Shown: positions 1 to 11,700, numbered from the whole stretch's first letter. The stretch is 63,980 nt of DNA, filler included, from Trypethelium eluteriae (GCA_051942245.1; 3 parts of 3 records of this genome joined end to end with filler, not necessarily neighbours in it), one strand, 5' to 3'. The notes: a model not told the origin generated them from the letters alone. Numbers and translations: made by a program.

Positions 1-137
1 TCCTTACGCCCTGTAGTTATTAGTTCATTTCCCTTCGCCCTCACCTAGATAGGGAGGTCTATATAGCAGCCTGCACCTCGGGCGACCTAGATAGGTCAAT
101 TGAGTTCTTTCCTCCGATTCAGTTGTTTGTTACAACA
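1..137 (+). mobile_element. probable 3' part of an LTR (different family from the main nest), cut by the window edge
   Basis: TATA-like ctatatag at ~59-66 and end at ...ttacaaCA (137), where the degraded minus-strand gene to the right appears to be interrupted; no partner LTR is visible. Confidence 0.4.
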
Positions 138-1111
138 TCAGCCGTAAAATTTTCGTGAAACCTATGAAGAGCATAGGTCATAATGATCTCTATAGTTATC
201 TTATTGCATTCAGTAGAGCAATCCCCAAGAGCAAAATCGAAAAAGCGCCGCCGGTTTGTTATTCTGATTACTACTTCATCTAACAACTTCCGAAGTTATC
301 TCTATTTCTCAAAGATTACTTCACATGGCTTGTCCTGAGTACCATCCACCAATCCATAGTGCAAAACCCACGTTTCGCCCTTTTCGATGGAAGGTTCTTT
401 GAAGAACCTCCTAAGAGCTGTTACAAGATACGGCCAACCGCGTTTGTAACCTATTCTGGAAGAAGCGCGAGATGCAGTGATACTGACAGAATCCATCAGA
501 TCAATAACTGTGTTAAGATGTGCCAACATAGCGATGGATATCTTAGCCAGCAGTACCTATATCGTTAGTGCTAATTCTCTCGACAAAAAACGTATTCCAC
601 TTACTTTCTTGCCCTCTAGGTAGATGATAGCTCCCCATTCATCATCGTCTCCATATTCTGCTGCGTGAAAGAATGTCTTGACCTGGCACCCATTTTGGAA
701 GAATGGTACAAAATCGAATTCGGAAGTAGTAGGAATCATGTTTTGGGCTGCCGCTTCTGCTATTGGCACCAAACGCTTCCGGAGTTCCTGATACTCGGAT
801 AAGATGGAAGACATTACGCTGCGTCTATTTCTTTTTCGCTTGCTCGTTCGTGTTCCAGCTTCAGACTCAGACTTACGGGCTACTGTACCGCTATCGGTAA
901 CAGTGTTGTCGTCTATTGCTCCATCGCCTTCGTTCAACGTCTTTTTGTTGCTATCAAGCTTACAGCCGATTGCAGAATCCCCGACCGGTCCCGTGGCACG
1001 GGATGAAGGCACGGCCTCTTCCGCACGGTTTTCACATGTCATGTCTTTTCCACCGGTTGATATTCCGGTTACTCGATCATCATCCGATCCTTCCGACGAG
1101 GAAGATGACAT
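138..1111 (-). pseudogene. uncharacterised protein gene with in-frame nonsense codons
   Basis: ORFs 557..1111 and 302..529 are in the same frame, separated by TAG (557-559); further TAG/TAA at 302-304 and 296-298, then the frame reads on (LRKLLDEVVIRITNRRRFFDFALGDC). All stops are explainable as CAR>TAR. Acidic/Ser-rich N-terminus and a basic KRKRNRR patch. Confidence 0.55.
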
Positions 1112-1642
1112 TTCAGACTCGAAATAGGTATCTAAGTCGTTTTAGCTACTGATATAGGTTTCGTTCTAGCCGACTCACTTCTCGTGGTAGAGGTCTCTAG
1201 ATGTAGCCTCAGTTCGATGATTGAGACGTTTTTCTGTTCAAGTTCGAGGCAAGTGATCTAAGGAGGGGAAGCCATGAGAGGAACCTGGCGTACCTTTTAT
1301 AAACTTCTCCAGCTTCTGATCCTGAGCGGCACAAGGCAAACTACGACCAAGCATATCCCATTTCCTTGCTAGTCAATTTGAAAGATCGTCGATCCTTAAG
1401 CATAATCAGGGAAGGCCATACGTGGCGCAGACATATTCATCTACGAGATAGGAAGTACGCACTGTTTTTCTTAGGCACCCTGGCGCTAACACCTTTAGCT
1501 TCCAATTAGTCAATTACGGTGTTTCATATAGCCGGCAGGGCTGCTACATAGCTAACCCGAGTCTACAATAATGAAAATCGATATCTCTGAACGCCCTTCA
1601 TGCCAAAGAATTTGAAGAGGAAGCTTTAGCGAGACTTCAACT

Positions 1643-2162
1643 TTAGTCATCATTAAAATTGTAAATATCCGAGCTATTAACCCATAAGTTGTACCAAGAG
1701 ACGCGATACCAACACACTCCATTTTAATTCCAGTCACCCTGAATACTCTTCACCGGCCACTCAACACCATCCCACAACACACGCATGTCCTTGCCCGCTG
1801 TTGAAAATAATTTTGATGCTGGTATAGGACTATCATCCCAAGACACATAGCATTTCTCAAAATCGTGCACAAGAATCTCCCGAACTCCCCATAATGAGTT
1901 AGTCGAGAAGTCAAGGCAGGCTCTGCAATCGATTTTACGATCATCATTGCAGTGGGAACAGAGCGCGGGCTGTGCTGCGAAGATTAAGAAAGAGGAGCTA
2001 ACATCATTCCATTAACTTACGCCGAGTAACGCTCTCGATGTTCTTCGGATCGCTGAATAATGTGAGTCTCTGGATATCGCCATCAGGGTAGCCAATTTCG
2101 ATAAGTTCAGGACGCATAAGATCGTTCACATTCGCGCGGATATCGACTTGATTGGCGGCCAT
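1643..2162 (-). pseudogene. CxxC-CxxC zinc-ribbon plus two chromodomain-like repeats, one in-frame stop
   Basis: Splicing the GTAAGT..CGCAG intron (~2020-1975) gives ..IESVTRPQPALCSHCNDDRKIDCRAC..WGVREILVHDFEKCYVSWDDSPIP..WPVKSIQGDWN*NGVCWYRVSWYNLWVNSSDI; TAA at 1724-1726; start uncertain (2162 or 2276). Confidence 0.5.
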
Positions 2163-2358
2163 AGCAAGGCGAATTTGATGGATGCTTCTCAAGGACTTGG
2201 ATAGGACCAAGAGAGGGTGGAGAATATCCGGGCAAGCAAGGGCATTTAATACTTGCCGATGCGAATGCCACGTCATAGCGGGCTGGGGAGAGCTAATAGC
2301 ATGCTTCGAAGCGAAGTCGGCAGAGTTAGCCGGTTGGTATCTGATTACCTTCTCCTTA

Positions 2359-2817
2359 AGGATATAATCTCTGTGGGGACTTAATTTCCTTAGAGATTTA
2401 CTTTCTGTAGGGACTTTCCTTCCATAGGGACTTACTTTCTGTAAGGACTCTCCTTCCGTAGGGACTTACTTTCTGTAGGGACTCTCTTTCTGTAGGGACT
2501 TACTTTCTATGGGGACTTACTTTCTATGGGGACTTATTTTCTGTAGGGCCTTACTTTCTATAGGGATTTACCTTCCTTAGGGATTTACCTTCCATAGGGA
2601 TTTACCTTCCATAGGGACTTACTTTCTATAGGGACGTACCTTCAATAAGGACTTACTTTTTGTAGGGACGTACCTTCCTCAGGGAATTACTTTCCCTAGG
2701 GACTTACTGTCCTTAGGGGCCAGATTCCTTTAGGGATTTACTTCTCCCAGGGACTCGCTATTTATAGGGATGTACTAGCCCCAGGGACTTTCTTGCCCTA
2801 GGGAACTAATACCCATA
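2359..2817. repeat. 17-bp tandem array, 27 units, consensus GGGACTTACTTTCTGTA
   Basis: GGGA-type core recurs at exactly 17-bp intervals from 2359 to 2801 with no indel; the rest of the unit diverges toward the right end. Confidence 0.95.
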
Positions 2818-2893
2818 AATAGCCTGTCACTAAATATATAAGCGCAGTCCCTCGCAGTTCTGATCCCCAGTCTCGTCTTCCTTTTCGCACGAC

Positions 2894-3445
2894 ATGTCGG
2901 TAATTCGCAAAGATTACCACCACATCTGTAGTTCTTGTCATTGTTCGCTTGACAACTATCATTCTTTCGTCATCAAGAGAAAGCGAGGTTTCTTTGGGAA
3001 GGCAAGCAATAACCCAGTTTACTGCCGGTCGTGTTCCAATAATTCTACCGCCCCAATCCTAAGCATTTATGGGATTGAGGATGGCTGTAGAATTTGTGGT
3101 AGTCTCTCTGAGCATTATCGGGTAACTACTTGTGGTTTGTCCGACACTTTTTGCATAAGTGTATTGCTCTTACTTATATATTTAGGTCATGTCTTCTGCA
3201 AAAAAGACTGGGAGATGCTGAGACGCAGAAAAAGAATATATCGCTTTACCTGTTTTACATGCCATGCGAAGTTTCATTTTCTCTTTCGCAAATTCACAGT
3301 TCATACCCCCATTTTTCGAAGGGAGAAAGGCAAGGAGTCTTCTCATGCCCCTCAAGCCACGCCAAGATATTATCGAATACCTCCTCTCAGTGCAAGAGTT
3401 GTTAGAAAGGCTAAAGTAAGGCAGTTGATTGGCGTTGTTGGTTAA
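2894..3445 (+). CDS. Cys-rich RING-finger-like protein
   Basis: Removing the 51-nt intron 3135-3185 gives CRIC-x11-CGHVFCKKD-x14-CFTC (RING spacing, Asp at ligand 6); additional N-terminal CSSC/CRSC pairs; TATA at ~2833; 3' end uncertain (possible intron at 3416). Confidence 0.6.
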   Translation: MSVIRKDYHHICSSCHCSLDNYHSFVIKRKRGFFGKASNNPVYCRSCSNNSTAPILSIYGIEDGCRICGSLSEHYRVTTCGLSDTFCISVLLLLIYLGHVFCKKDWEMLRRRKRIYRFTCFTCHAKFHFLFRKFTVHTPIFRREKGKESSHAPQATPRYYRIPPLSARVVRKAKVRQLIGVVG

Positions 3446-3489
3446 TTTCAGAAATAACATTGTTTCTATCTTGTATTTAACCCAGGTGA

Positions 3490-4288
3490 TTATTCAGTTA
3501 TTTTAATGTTAATACACATAGTATATATTTCTGGTTTCCATACTCCATATTTGTAGCTTGGCCAATCCCAGACCCAATAGAGCAAATGTATGCCTGGATG
3601 TGTGTTATTTAGGACCTTAATTATATTTCCACACCACAAGTTTGTGCCTTTATATAAGTCATATTGTGGCTATAGAAGATGTTGTTGTTAATATAATTTT
3701 GTTTTATTGTTAATTTAGTAATATTTTTTATTATTAAACAGTAATTTAGCAAGCAGACTTCCCTTTTAATTACCCCCTTTGCTGTTTTAAGTCCAAACAT
3801 TGTGAATAGCTTTTAAGGTATTTATGGGATGAAAGTATCTGGTCCAATAAACAGATATATTATTAGATAAAGGCTTACCTAGAGGTATGTTAGGTAATGT
3901 GATGTGACCATTCTCTTAGTAGCGCAGCAGTATTGTGCTTCCAGCAGTAGTATTTAAAAAATAACTGCCAGCAGTCTTATTAAATCTCTCTTGCGAGGGT
4001 ATACACATAAGGTCGGTGTCCCAGATCTTCCCATTTAAACAACTGTTTGGGGGCAATAAATAAGTTATTATGGCATCATGTTGTGTTAAGAATGCATACA
4101 AATCCCGTGGCATTATACAGCTTATTAGCCATAATTAGAACCAAAAAAAAAGCATTTAAAATGCCGTTGCCACAAGGATAACCAGGATTACTAATTATTT
4201 GACCTATATGTATTTAAGTAACTTGTTCAACCCAGGAATGTGTAACAACATAAGCAACAAGTAAACTTGTAACTTGGAGATACTTCAT
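3490..4288 (-). pseudogene. RIP-destroyed secreted His-brace (LPMO-like, probably DUF7492) protein
   Basis: MKYLQVTSLLVAYVVT-HSWVEQ (signal peptide then His1), NPGYPCG, ENGHITLP..GKP, NLWC, HLLYWVWDWP..KPEIYTMC; several TAA/TAG stops and a frameshift. DUF number recalled from memory. Confidence 0.7.
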
Positions 4289-4675
4289 TATATTAACGCA
4301 AGTGATTCTTTGTGGAGAGGAGTACGTAGGTTTTCTGGGTATTGTAAAAGTGTTTACTGTCCAGTAGATATACTATCTGGTGGGCCGTACGTAGACGTTA
4401 ACGCTATTCCAAATTCTCGAAAAAATTAGACAATCTAAGTATAGCTCGCAATGCTAATATTAAATTAGTGCATTATCGGAACGGGTCAGTTCTGGTCAAG
4501 ACTGGCTCGGGAATCCCTGACTGCTAACCGTAATACTGGAACAAATATAGGCCGTCAAGTAGAACACCAAATTGTTAATACAGGTATTGTGGATTTAATT
4601 TCTTTCAATTTTATCTCTAGGACCACCACATATATTCACATACTTATCAGACTTCTTGTTTACTTTTGATCAGCC

Positions 4676-5054
4676 ATGGAATACCAACTTGATCTTAAGA
4701 AGCTTCTTAAAGAACTACGGGAAAAGACAGAAGGCCGAAGTATGATAACTGATTTGGAGAGACTGACAAAACAACAGAGCAGAGCTATCCATGCCTCATA
4801 TCAGAGAAGGTAAAATACATTGTTTAGAAAGGCTAATAAGTTAGCGCATTTACCTGACGCACATATCTATATTCTCATCCAGTGGGAGAGAAAGTACTTT
4901 ACATATTTATCCACAAGTCAGAATGCCTGGCCACCCAGCGTCAAGCAAGTGGTAAGAATCCCCAAAAAGTGTAATAATCACTAAATTTAATATATTACAG
5001 GACAAATCTTATCCTCAGCCTACTAAATACACTGCCACTGATTTTTTGGAATAA
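4676..5054 (+). pseudogene. MADS-box (SRF-TF)-like small protein with a nonsense codon
   Basis: SYQRR*NTLFRKANKLAHLPDAHIYILIQWERKYFTYLSTSQNAWPPS; TAA at 4811-4813; GT..AG intron 4952-5000. Confidence 0.7.
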
Positions 5055-5207
5055 AAAGATACCCCACTGACCAGTGCGGAGGATGAGGTGAAGCATTTAT
5101 TGGAGATAATAGGCGTGATGTTGTTCATTGAGTTAGGATAACAACTAACTGCCGCATCTCGGAATCTAAGGCTTCCGGCAATGTCAAACGCCCTAGTAAT
5201 AGTAGCT

Positions 5208-5701
5208 TGTTACGACCCAGCCGCGTCAAGACTGAACACCATCTCCTTTGTACTTGCTGCAAGCGTTCCACAGACAGGTCGTAATGAGTAAGGGTTACGT
5301 GACTGATTAGTGGTGATAAGTCACAGATCAGGACAGAGCGATCTAGGGTGGTCACCCACAGATCACGAGTTATCACACTGATTAGTAGCGATCAACCCAA
5401 GATCAGTAGAGATCTGATCAGAAGGAAAACAGCTGTGATCAGGAAAATCACAAGTATATATATGTAGGAGGGAATCAGCTTAACTGACTCCCTCGCGTTT
5501 TATTATCATACCAAAACTGTACCTACAGTTAGTTACAAGCTGAATTGAACAAGACCTTATTTAGTACAAGTTGTTCAAAGCTTAGTGACCCTTCTTACAT
5601 CATTGGATCCTTGACACTCCGCTCCTACGTAAAAAACCCTGAGACCCTTCTACGTACCTGCTATAAGCTGCGCTTGTACCAGGGGGTATAGGCTCATAAC
5701 A
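5208..5701 (+). mobile_element. lone LTR, subtype A (494 bp), no matching TSD
   Basis: TGTTACG...CATAACA; similar to the reverse complements of 18549-19043 and 22065-22559; flanks TAGCT / GGTAC differ. Confidence 0.9.
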
Positions 5702-6235
5702 GGTACGTAGAATGGTCTTAGAGTTTTTTACGTAGGAGCGGAGTGTTAAGGATCCAATGTATGTAAGAAGGTTACTAAGCTTTAAACAACTTGTAATAAA
5801 TAAGGACTTGTTTAATTTAGCTTGTAACTAATTATAAGTACAGTATTGTATAATAATAGAACGTGAGGGAATTAGTTAAGCTGGTTCCCTCCTACATCTA
5901 TATACTTGTGGATTTCCTTTGATTAGTAGCTGTTCGCCCTTGATTAGATTCCTTCTAATCTGTGGTTAATTACTACTGATTAATATAATAAGTCTTAATC
6001 TATGGGTGATTATTACTGATTACTCTCTTTTAATCTATAGCTAATTATTACTAATTAGTTATGTAACTTATGCTTATTATAACTTGTTTATGGAATGCTT
6101 GCATTAAGTATAAAGGAGATGGCGCTTAGTCCTGACGCGGCTGGGTTATAATATTACCCCCCTCCTTTTTATTTGTCAGCCTGACAGTTATTCCGGTGGT
6201 GGTATATATAGCAGCTAATAATATATTTAATTATT

Positions 6236-6715
6236 ATGGCTTCCGCCCGCATTCTTACTTTTTTTATACTTTATTATTACCATCTTATTATTAAACTTTG
6301 TAAAGCCCTTATTATTATGCATTCTTATTATAACTGTGTATATTAAAAACAGGACTGTTATATTAGCCCTAATTTTTAAAGGTGTCTGGAGTGTGTAAGG
6401 AGGAATTATCCTTATAACTTAGCCTTTTTTAAAGTAAACTTTAATAAGATTAATTATAAAATAAATCAGGTATGGGATAAGATAATAAAATCCATAGCCA
6501 AAATTAATTGTTTATAAAAATAACTAGAGTTTTTTTGTAAGTATTAATAATTTTTAGCCTTTAATAAGACTTAAAATATTCTGGATTTTAAGCTTAAAAA
6601 AGGAAAACCTAAGAAGGTTGCTTTACTGAAGGAGCAGGATTTTTTTTATACTATACCAAAAATTGCGTGGGATATGTTAAGGAAAGAATTAATTTTCTTT
6701 CTTATTAATTCTTAA
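6236..6715 (+). pseudogene. antisense ORF3 of the retrotransposon: Zn(II)2Cys6-like plus coiled coil (variant 1), RIP-mutated
   Basis: ATG 6236 with TATATATA ~30 bp upstream; frame unbroken for 160 codons apart from stops; Y-x2-C-x6-C-x8-C-x2-C-x6-Y at 6326-6415 with both Tyr as TAT (TGT>TAT). Confidence 0.75.
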
Positions 6716-8732
6716 CTTAATTAGATTTTTTTAAACAATGTGTTATTTCTTTTACTTAAATCCTTATACTATTGTATTTTCTTTTTATACTTAAATAATA
6801 TTTTTGTTATTTCTTAAGTGTTTTTTAAGTTTAAATATCCTTTTTATTTTACCAAATATTTTTTATTTTAAATTTATATTCTTCTTTTAATTTATATCCA
6901 AATATTTTTACGCATAATGTGCTTTTATCTGCTAACTTTAGCAGGGATAAATAAAATACCAGGTAGACTTAAGCATCCCAAGGAAGGTTTAACTTATAAT
7001 TAACTTTATTTTTCTTTTCCTTAATAATAAATAAGCCAACCTTTACCACACTAAGCTTTTTGTAAGGTTTTTTTGTTCTTAAATTTTTTGTAAGTAAATA
7101 TACTTTATCCCCCTTTTTTAGTTAAGGTTTATTTACTTTTTTGTTGCTTTTAATTAATTTTTTATTCCTTTTTTTAATATTCTTAGCTATCTTATTATGT
7201 ACTAATTTTATTAGTTTTTTATAGTCTTCTCCTAATGCTAATATTATTTTAATAAGTATTACTTGGACTGGCGGTAGTATATAACCTATTAAACCTTAAA
7301 TAGGCGTAAATTTAGTTGTGCTGGATTCTCTTATGTTAATACATAATTATATTATAAGTAATAATAATACCTAATTATCTTGTAAATTATTAATATAATA
7401 TCTTAAGAACTATTTTAATAATTAATTTATTTATTCTATTTGTCTATTGGTTTCCTTATAATATGCTGTTAATAATTTGGTTTTAGTCCTTAAATTTGCT
7501 ATTAATATTTAAAAGAATTTTGCTATAAACCTTTTATCTCTGTCTGATACTATTAAGATAGGTAGTCTAAAGTATAATATTACTTTTTTAAAGAGTATTT
7601 ATACTGTTTTTTTTATTCCATACTTTTTGTTAAAGGGAATTAGTATTATAAACTTTATTAATCTGCATATTATTATATAAATTATTATATAAACTTCTCT
7701 GGTTACTGGGTGCTTTAATATTAATAAGTCTATAATAAAGTCCATTATAATTTGCTCCTAAGGCCTTAATAGTGCTTAAATTAATTATATAATGCCTTTT
7801 CTTTTTTGGGTGCTATATTTATTTCTTTTGCAATAATTATATTTTGCCACATAATTTTGGACTTTCTGCTTTATGTTATTAAAAATGCAGTTTTAAGACA
7901 TATTCCTAAGTATTTATGCAATTCTAAGATGCCCATATCGCGGTTTATTATAATATCTTTAAATGTATTGGTTAGTTTTGTTATTTAAAATCCTTATTTT
8001 TTAAGTAATAATTAAGAATTATTTATCCTCATCTTCTAAAATGTTAAGAACCAATCCTAACTCTTAAAAAATGCTTTTAAGAGTGCTATTATTATTTTTT
8101 TTAAATACTGCTTAATACACCTTTTTATTTTCTTAATAATCTTCTTATTAACTTAGGGTGTCCGCTCTTCTATTTTTTTTTTTTAATACATAATATATAA
8201 TAAACTAATATTATTTTAAAAGTTTAGCCCATCTAACTTATTATTAATTTAACTGTTTGGTTGTTATAAAAGTTAGTAGGTTTTTATAGTTTATATAAAT
8301 ATCCAATTTTAGTGTTCCTTTAATATACGCTCTTTAGTATTCTATTGCTGCAATTATTGTTAGCAATTCCTTATTCTGGATATTATAATTTAGTTTAGCA
8401 GGAGTTATTTTTCTTAAGTAATATCTTATTAGTTTTTATTTCCTATTTACCTATTATAATAAGCAAGCACTAACTGCAAAGTTTAAAGTATTTATTTTTA
8501 GCTTTAGCAGTAGTTTTGGGTTGCAGATTATTAGTTCTAGATTTTTTGCAATCTCTTTTTTAATAATTTTAAAGGCTTTTTTTTATAGCTATTTTTATTT
8601 AAATAATTGCTTACTTTTAGTAAGGTCTGTAAGCAGTTTTGCTTTTTTAGAGTATTTAAGGATAAATTATTAATCAAAGTTTATAAATCTTAAAAAGCTT
8701 TAAACCCCTTTAACATTTATTAGCTTTGGTTA

Positions 8733-11700
8733 TGTTACGAACGCGCCTGACCAAGGACGCGTTGGAGGTAGCCACTACTTGTAGTGCACCAATCGCGTAA
8801 CACTGAGCGCGTCTCGCAACAGGAGTAAGCGAGAACGTGGCACTGACACCTCGACCATCTCGCAGCGAGATGAGCGAGATCTTACCTTGCAGAGAGTGAG
8901 ACGACATCTCGTCCTTCTTATTGCGACACCAGCAAGAAGGAAGGCTGCAGTGGAGAAGGAATAAATATTTAAGGAACTGGGTTTTAGGCACACTCTTATT
9001 CTTCTCCTTGCGTTTTATTACTGTTATTATACCTAGCTGTACCTATAATTAGTTGTGAGCCAAATTAAATAAGACCTTATTTATTATTAAGTTGTTTAAA
9101 GCTTAGTAACCCTTCTTACATTATTGGATCTTTAACACTCCGCTCCTACGTAAAAAACTTTGAGACTACTTTACATACCTGCTACAAGCCGTGCTTATAC
9201 TAGGGGGTATAAGCTTATAACATAATAAAACACCCTTAAGGATAAGTTAATTAGGATCCACTCCGCGGCTAGAGTCCCGCACCAAAGCCCTATTAAAAGA
9301 AGGCAAAGTGGGATAACCTAATAAGTACTTTAGGGAAAAAAGCAAGTTAGAAGAATAGCTATGCCAAATCTAACTCCACTTCTTATTTAAAAGAATTCTC
9401 GATAGTTAATAAACCTTAATAGCTTTATTATACTTAAAAGGATAAGCCTAATACTGGATAAAACCCAAATTAACTTTATATTTTAATAACTTAAAGGACC
9501 CTAATAATTTTTTTTATAAAATTCCCTTAATTTAAGAAAGAGCTTAAATGAATTTTTAGAATTTTTAATAAAGTTAAGATAGCGGAGTAAGTAGTTTAAA
9601 ATTTAGTATAAAGAACTTTAACAGCAGATTATGCAGCTAAGTTTTAAAAGCATTCTAATAAATTAAAATGGAATAATAAAGTATTATAACCTATGTACTA
9701 AAAAGGACTTAAGAATAATATTAAGGATAAGCTAATGCGTTACAGCAGCTTTATTAACATATTATAAGAACTTATTAACACCTTAATTAAATTAAATAAT
9801 AAACTTTACGCAAGGTGTATAAAAAAACAATTAGTTTTATACATTCCAGCAGGAAGAACTAAAGGAATTACTTAATATTATAATAATAATAGGCTAATAA
9901 AAGGAGTTTAATACTCTAACCTTATGCAAAGTAAGAAGGAAAAAAGTGCCTAAACTAAGAGAAAGTGCTATGCTTATAAAAAACCAGAGTATATAATAAA
10001 AAATTATTAATCCAAAAGTAAGGTAAATTGTAAAAAGGAATTTAATATAGCAACCTAAGTCTACTTAGGAGAAGATAAAATTATTATTAATAAACTAATA
10101 AGTAATAATAATATTAGGAACTTAGATATTTTTTAATATTAAATAATTAATAATAAATCTAATACAGAGGAAGAAAGTATTTTATAAAAAAAAGTTACTA
10201 ACCCTACAAATAATTAAAAGGACTTATAATTACCCACATATATAATTTAAGGGAAAGAAGCAACTTAAGAAAGACATAAATATTACGTGCATTTAATATC
10301 CAAAATAAAGGATTACCTAAATTATTAACTCTTAAGATAATATTTATTATAAAAATATAATATTTATAAGGCGTATGTAAGTATAAAGCCTAAACTTTTA
10401 CTAATTATATAGGATTAAAAGTAAAGGAATTTTTAATATTAAAAAGAAGTTTATAGATTTTTATAACATCCCAACCATAATTAGATAATTAAATAAGAGG
10501 AATATTAAGATAATGCGTATTTAAAATATTAATAAGCAAAAAACTAAAATAAAAAAAAGCTATAATATTAATTCTAACACTTTATAATATATGGGATAAG
10601 GAATTATAAATTTTATTAAAAATAAGAAAGTAATTACAGCTTACTTAATAAAAAATTCTACAAAAAAAAGAAGACATGCCCATACCATAAACCTAGCAGT
10701 AATATAACTTAAGGAAGGAGCTAATTTTAATAAGGACTATGCCCAAAACCGCCCTATAAATTATTTATATATAAAATAATAAACTGGCTAAGATATGTTA
10801 GCATTATATATATTAAATACTGCTAAGAGCAAGCGGACTATTATGTAAAATATTAATGCAATAACCTAAATTGTTATAAATATTACTTAGATTATAAAAG
10901 TATAAAATTAGAATAATAGGAGTGTTATAAAACCGCCAAAAAAATAATAAAAAAAAAGGGAAAAATTAATAACTTCTTATAAAGGGGTTATAAGCAAATT
11001 GCAATGCAACATCCCCTGATAAAGCAATAAAAGGATTGTTTAAGATTAAGGTTAAGATTAAAAAACAGCAGGTTAAAGTAATAATTAATAATAATATATT
11101 AATAAATATAATAGCAGCAATAATTATTAAAAGGATTAAACTTAATACCAGGGAAAAAAAAAAGTTATATAATTTATATAAAGTTATTAAACCACAATTT
11201 ATAAGGCAAGGATAAGTAAATACTAAAACAGAATTTATTTCCATAATTACGCAAGGGCATACTAAGGAAATCCAACTTAATATTATAAATTTAATTAGGT
11301 ATAATATTATATTTAAATTATCATAATTATAAAATTATAACCTAAATATTAATTAGGAAATAGGGGAAATTACATTCTTTAGGTGCAAATATAGCATTAT
11401 ACAGAACCCTAAAGGAGCAGTAAATTGCTTTAGGGATAAAATAAGGACAAGCTATGGTATAACTTTAATATTAATAAATAAGGATAATTAAGAAGGACAA
11501 ACTAAATCCGGCATATTTAATACTTTAATAAAGGTAAAAGGTTAATTAAGGGATAACGCAGAGCATAAAAATACTGAATTTATAATAATACCTCTTAAAT
11601 ATAAAAAGTATTTGCCACTTTTTAAAAAAGGGAGGGCAGAAAAAGCACTGCCTCCATACTAATTATGGGACTATAAAATAAAACTAGAGCTAAAAAAGCA

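Noticed and set aside
2359..2817. CRISPR-like or telomeric array
   Set aside because: No unique spacers and no cas genes in a eukaryotic context; the unit is 17 bp and only occasionally contains TTAGGG.
1..5207. Starship captain or DNA transposase for the gene island
   Set aside because: No tyrosine recombinase or DDE motif and no terminal repeats seen in the window; element class left open.
5125..5376. Repeated small ORF ending ..LSVERLQQVQRRW.. (also 18875, 22376)
   Set aside because: Antisense reading of the LTR U3, recurring only because the LTR is repeated; non-ATG starts and ends that vary with the flank.
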